A program made the position numbers and the translations under genes. Of a stretch of DNA of 64,000 bases, positions 63,504-64,000 are shown piece after piece. The stretch's first letter is position 1. The number at the start of each line of letters is the position of its first letter. Location of the stretch: positions 1 to 64,000 of the IMG/VR virus record IMGVR_UViG_3300017971_000019; one strand, 5' to 3'. The stretch comes from a virus (lineage: Duplodnaviria > Heunggongvirae > Uroviricota > Caudoviricetes). Under the pieces are notes generated by a model. It saw nothing but the letters and a program-made list of their open reading frames with translations. It made no database searches and was not told the origin of the DNA.

Positions 63504-63721
63504 AGAAGCCAGTTGGCAAGAAGCCAGGCCGCAAGCGGAAGAAGAGCCTCAGTCTCGACGCCCTCTCTGAGGCGCTGGAGAATGAGAAGGCCATGAAGGT
63601 CCCCGCTCCACCTCGGAAGAAGCGCAGGAGGGCCCCGAAGATGAAGCAGGGGAAGTGGGGCACTCAGGAACCAGCAGCGAAGCCCAACTACAAGGGCAAT
63701 CGCATGGGAGAGGGCTACTAG
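63500..63721 (+). CDS. small lysine/arginine-rich basic protein (73 aa)
   Basis: ORF track. ATGA overlap. Last plus-strand gene. Confidence 0.45.
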   Translation: MKKPVGKKPGRKRKKSLSLDALSEALENEKAMKVPAPPRKKRRRAPKMKQGKWGTQEPAAKPNYKGNRMGEGY

Positions 63722-63723
63722 GC

Positions 63724-63797
63724 TGGAAGGGGCGGGGGGAGTCGAACCCCCGCTGCCTGGTTCAAAGCCAGGTGCTCTGCCGTTGAGCTACGCCCCT
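63724..63797 (-). tRNA. tRNA-Gln (anticodon UUG), with the CCA end encoded
   Basis: The reverse complement folds as a cloverleaf: acceptor stem AGGGGCG/CGCCCCU, U8, D arm GCUC-AACGGCA-GAGC, anticodon arm CCUGG-CUUUGAA-CCAGG, T arm GGGGG-UUCGACU-CCCCC, and a 3' terminal UCCA. Confidence 0.8.
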
Positions 63798-64000
63798 AGT
63801 AGCAAGCGGTTGCTTCTCCGATGGTAACGCACACGGTCAACTCGCCCCGCCTCCAGATGCTGGTAGCGGGGCCGTTCTTCGTAACGACAACTCCACGCTC
63901 CATGGGGATGACAAGGTGAGAATCCTTCTCGGACTTCAGAACGACATAGCCCGCTTCGCGGCGTGGACGATAGCTGCCGTACTTGCGTTCGCACTCTTGA
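63796..64000 (-). CDS. 3' end of a minus-strand gene that continues beyond the window
   Basis: Open minus-strand frame ending at TAG (63796-63798). It translates to ...ECERKYGSYRPRREAGYVVLKSEKDSHLVIPMERGVVVTKNGPATSIWRRGELTVCVTIGEATACY. A second minus-strand frame is also open, so the call is uncertain. Confidence 0.3.
   Translation of the reverse strand, partial: QECERKYGSYRPRREAGYVVLKSEKDSHLVIPMERGVVVTKNGPATSIWRRGELTVCVTIGEATACY

Noticed and set aside
1-64000. Searched for CRISPR arrays, rRNA, integrase or attachment sites, and transposase-like genes
   Set aside because: No regularly spaced identical repeats with unique spacers were seen. There is no rRNA-like conserved sequence, no tyrosine or serine recombinase motifs and no terminal inverted repeats. 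The only stable RNA gene seen is the tRNA-Gln.

Overview
This 64 kb window looks like a contiguous piece of a high-GC bacteriophage genome. No integrase, rRNA or CRISPR array is visible. A likely host type is a high-GC Gram-negative bacterium, judged from the Shine-Dalgarno sites, the lipoprotein-type signal sequences and the spanin-like genes, but this is inference.

Layout:
- 1..4681: a block of about 17 small minus-strand genes that tile tightly and have strong AGGAGG-type ribosome-binding sites. Several encode zinc-ribbon or Cys-rich proteins. This looks like an early-gene block.
- about 4682..6124: roughly 1.4 kb with no convincing coding sequence. It carries three copies of a direct repeat of about 25 bp, a perfect palindrome (CTGAAGTT c AACTTCAG) and further AAGTTCA motifs. 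I read it as a divergent control or origin-like region.
- 6125..63721: one long, almost gap-free plus-strand gene array with many ATGA/GTGA start-stop overlaps.

The plus-strand array contains, in order:
- small early proteins and a 181-aa protein behind a TGTTGAC palindrome operator;
- a DHH/DHHA1 phosphoesterase;
- small and large terminase subunits, a putative portal, a tandem LamG/ConA-like protein, a metallophosphoesterase and an SPFH protein;
- an acidic scaffold-like protein, then an intrinsic terminator and a sigma70-like promoter with a long leader, then the major capsid protein;
- a second terminator, then a 629-aa structural protein;
- an unusual modification cassette: a class-I methyltransferase fused to a radical-SAM/SPASM enzyme, a second methyltransferase and a GT-A glycosyltransferase;
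- a GH24 lysozyme, a holin-like protein, a 405-aa Cys-rich lipoprotein and membrane proteins with coiled-coil tails;
- a SleB-like cell-wall hydrolase with a signal peptide;
- tail and appendage proteins, including an FN3-repeat protein, a 1237-aa protein with a triplicated domain and a DDHTQY-repeat tail fibre;
- three probable internal virion proteins, two of which share a paralogous N-terminal tag;
- a single 14,478-nt ORF encoding a 4825-aa protein.

The 4825-aa protein has recognisable C-terminal domains (a class-I SAM methyltransferase and a C5-cytosine DNA methyltransferase), an HExxH zincin motif, a possible ADP-ribosyltransferase motif set, a thrice-repeated GYD module and an N-terminal tandem repeat. 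I interpret it as a virion-packaged 'polyvalent' ejection and anti-defence protein. Five short, lysine-rich basic proteins follow it, one with a 24-aa tandem repeat. The array ends at a minus-strand tRNA-Gln(UUG) at 63724..63797, after which a minus-strand gene runs out of the window.

There is no tape-measure or tail-tube signature, so the virion is probably podovirus-like with internal core proteins. All functional calls rest on motifs I could read in the translations; none was checked against a database.
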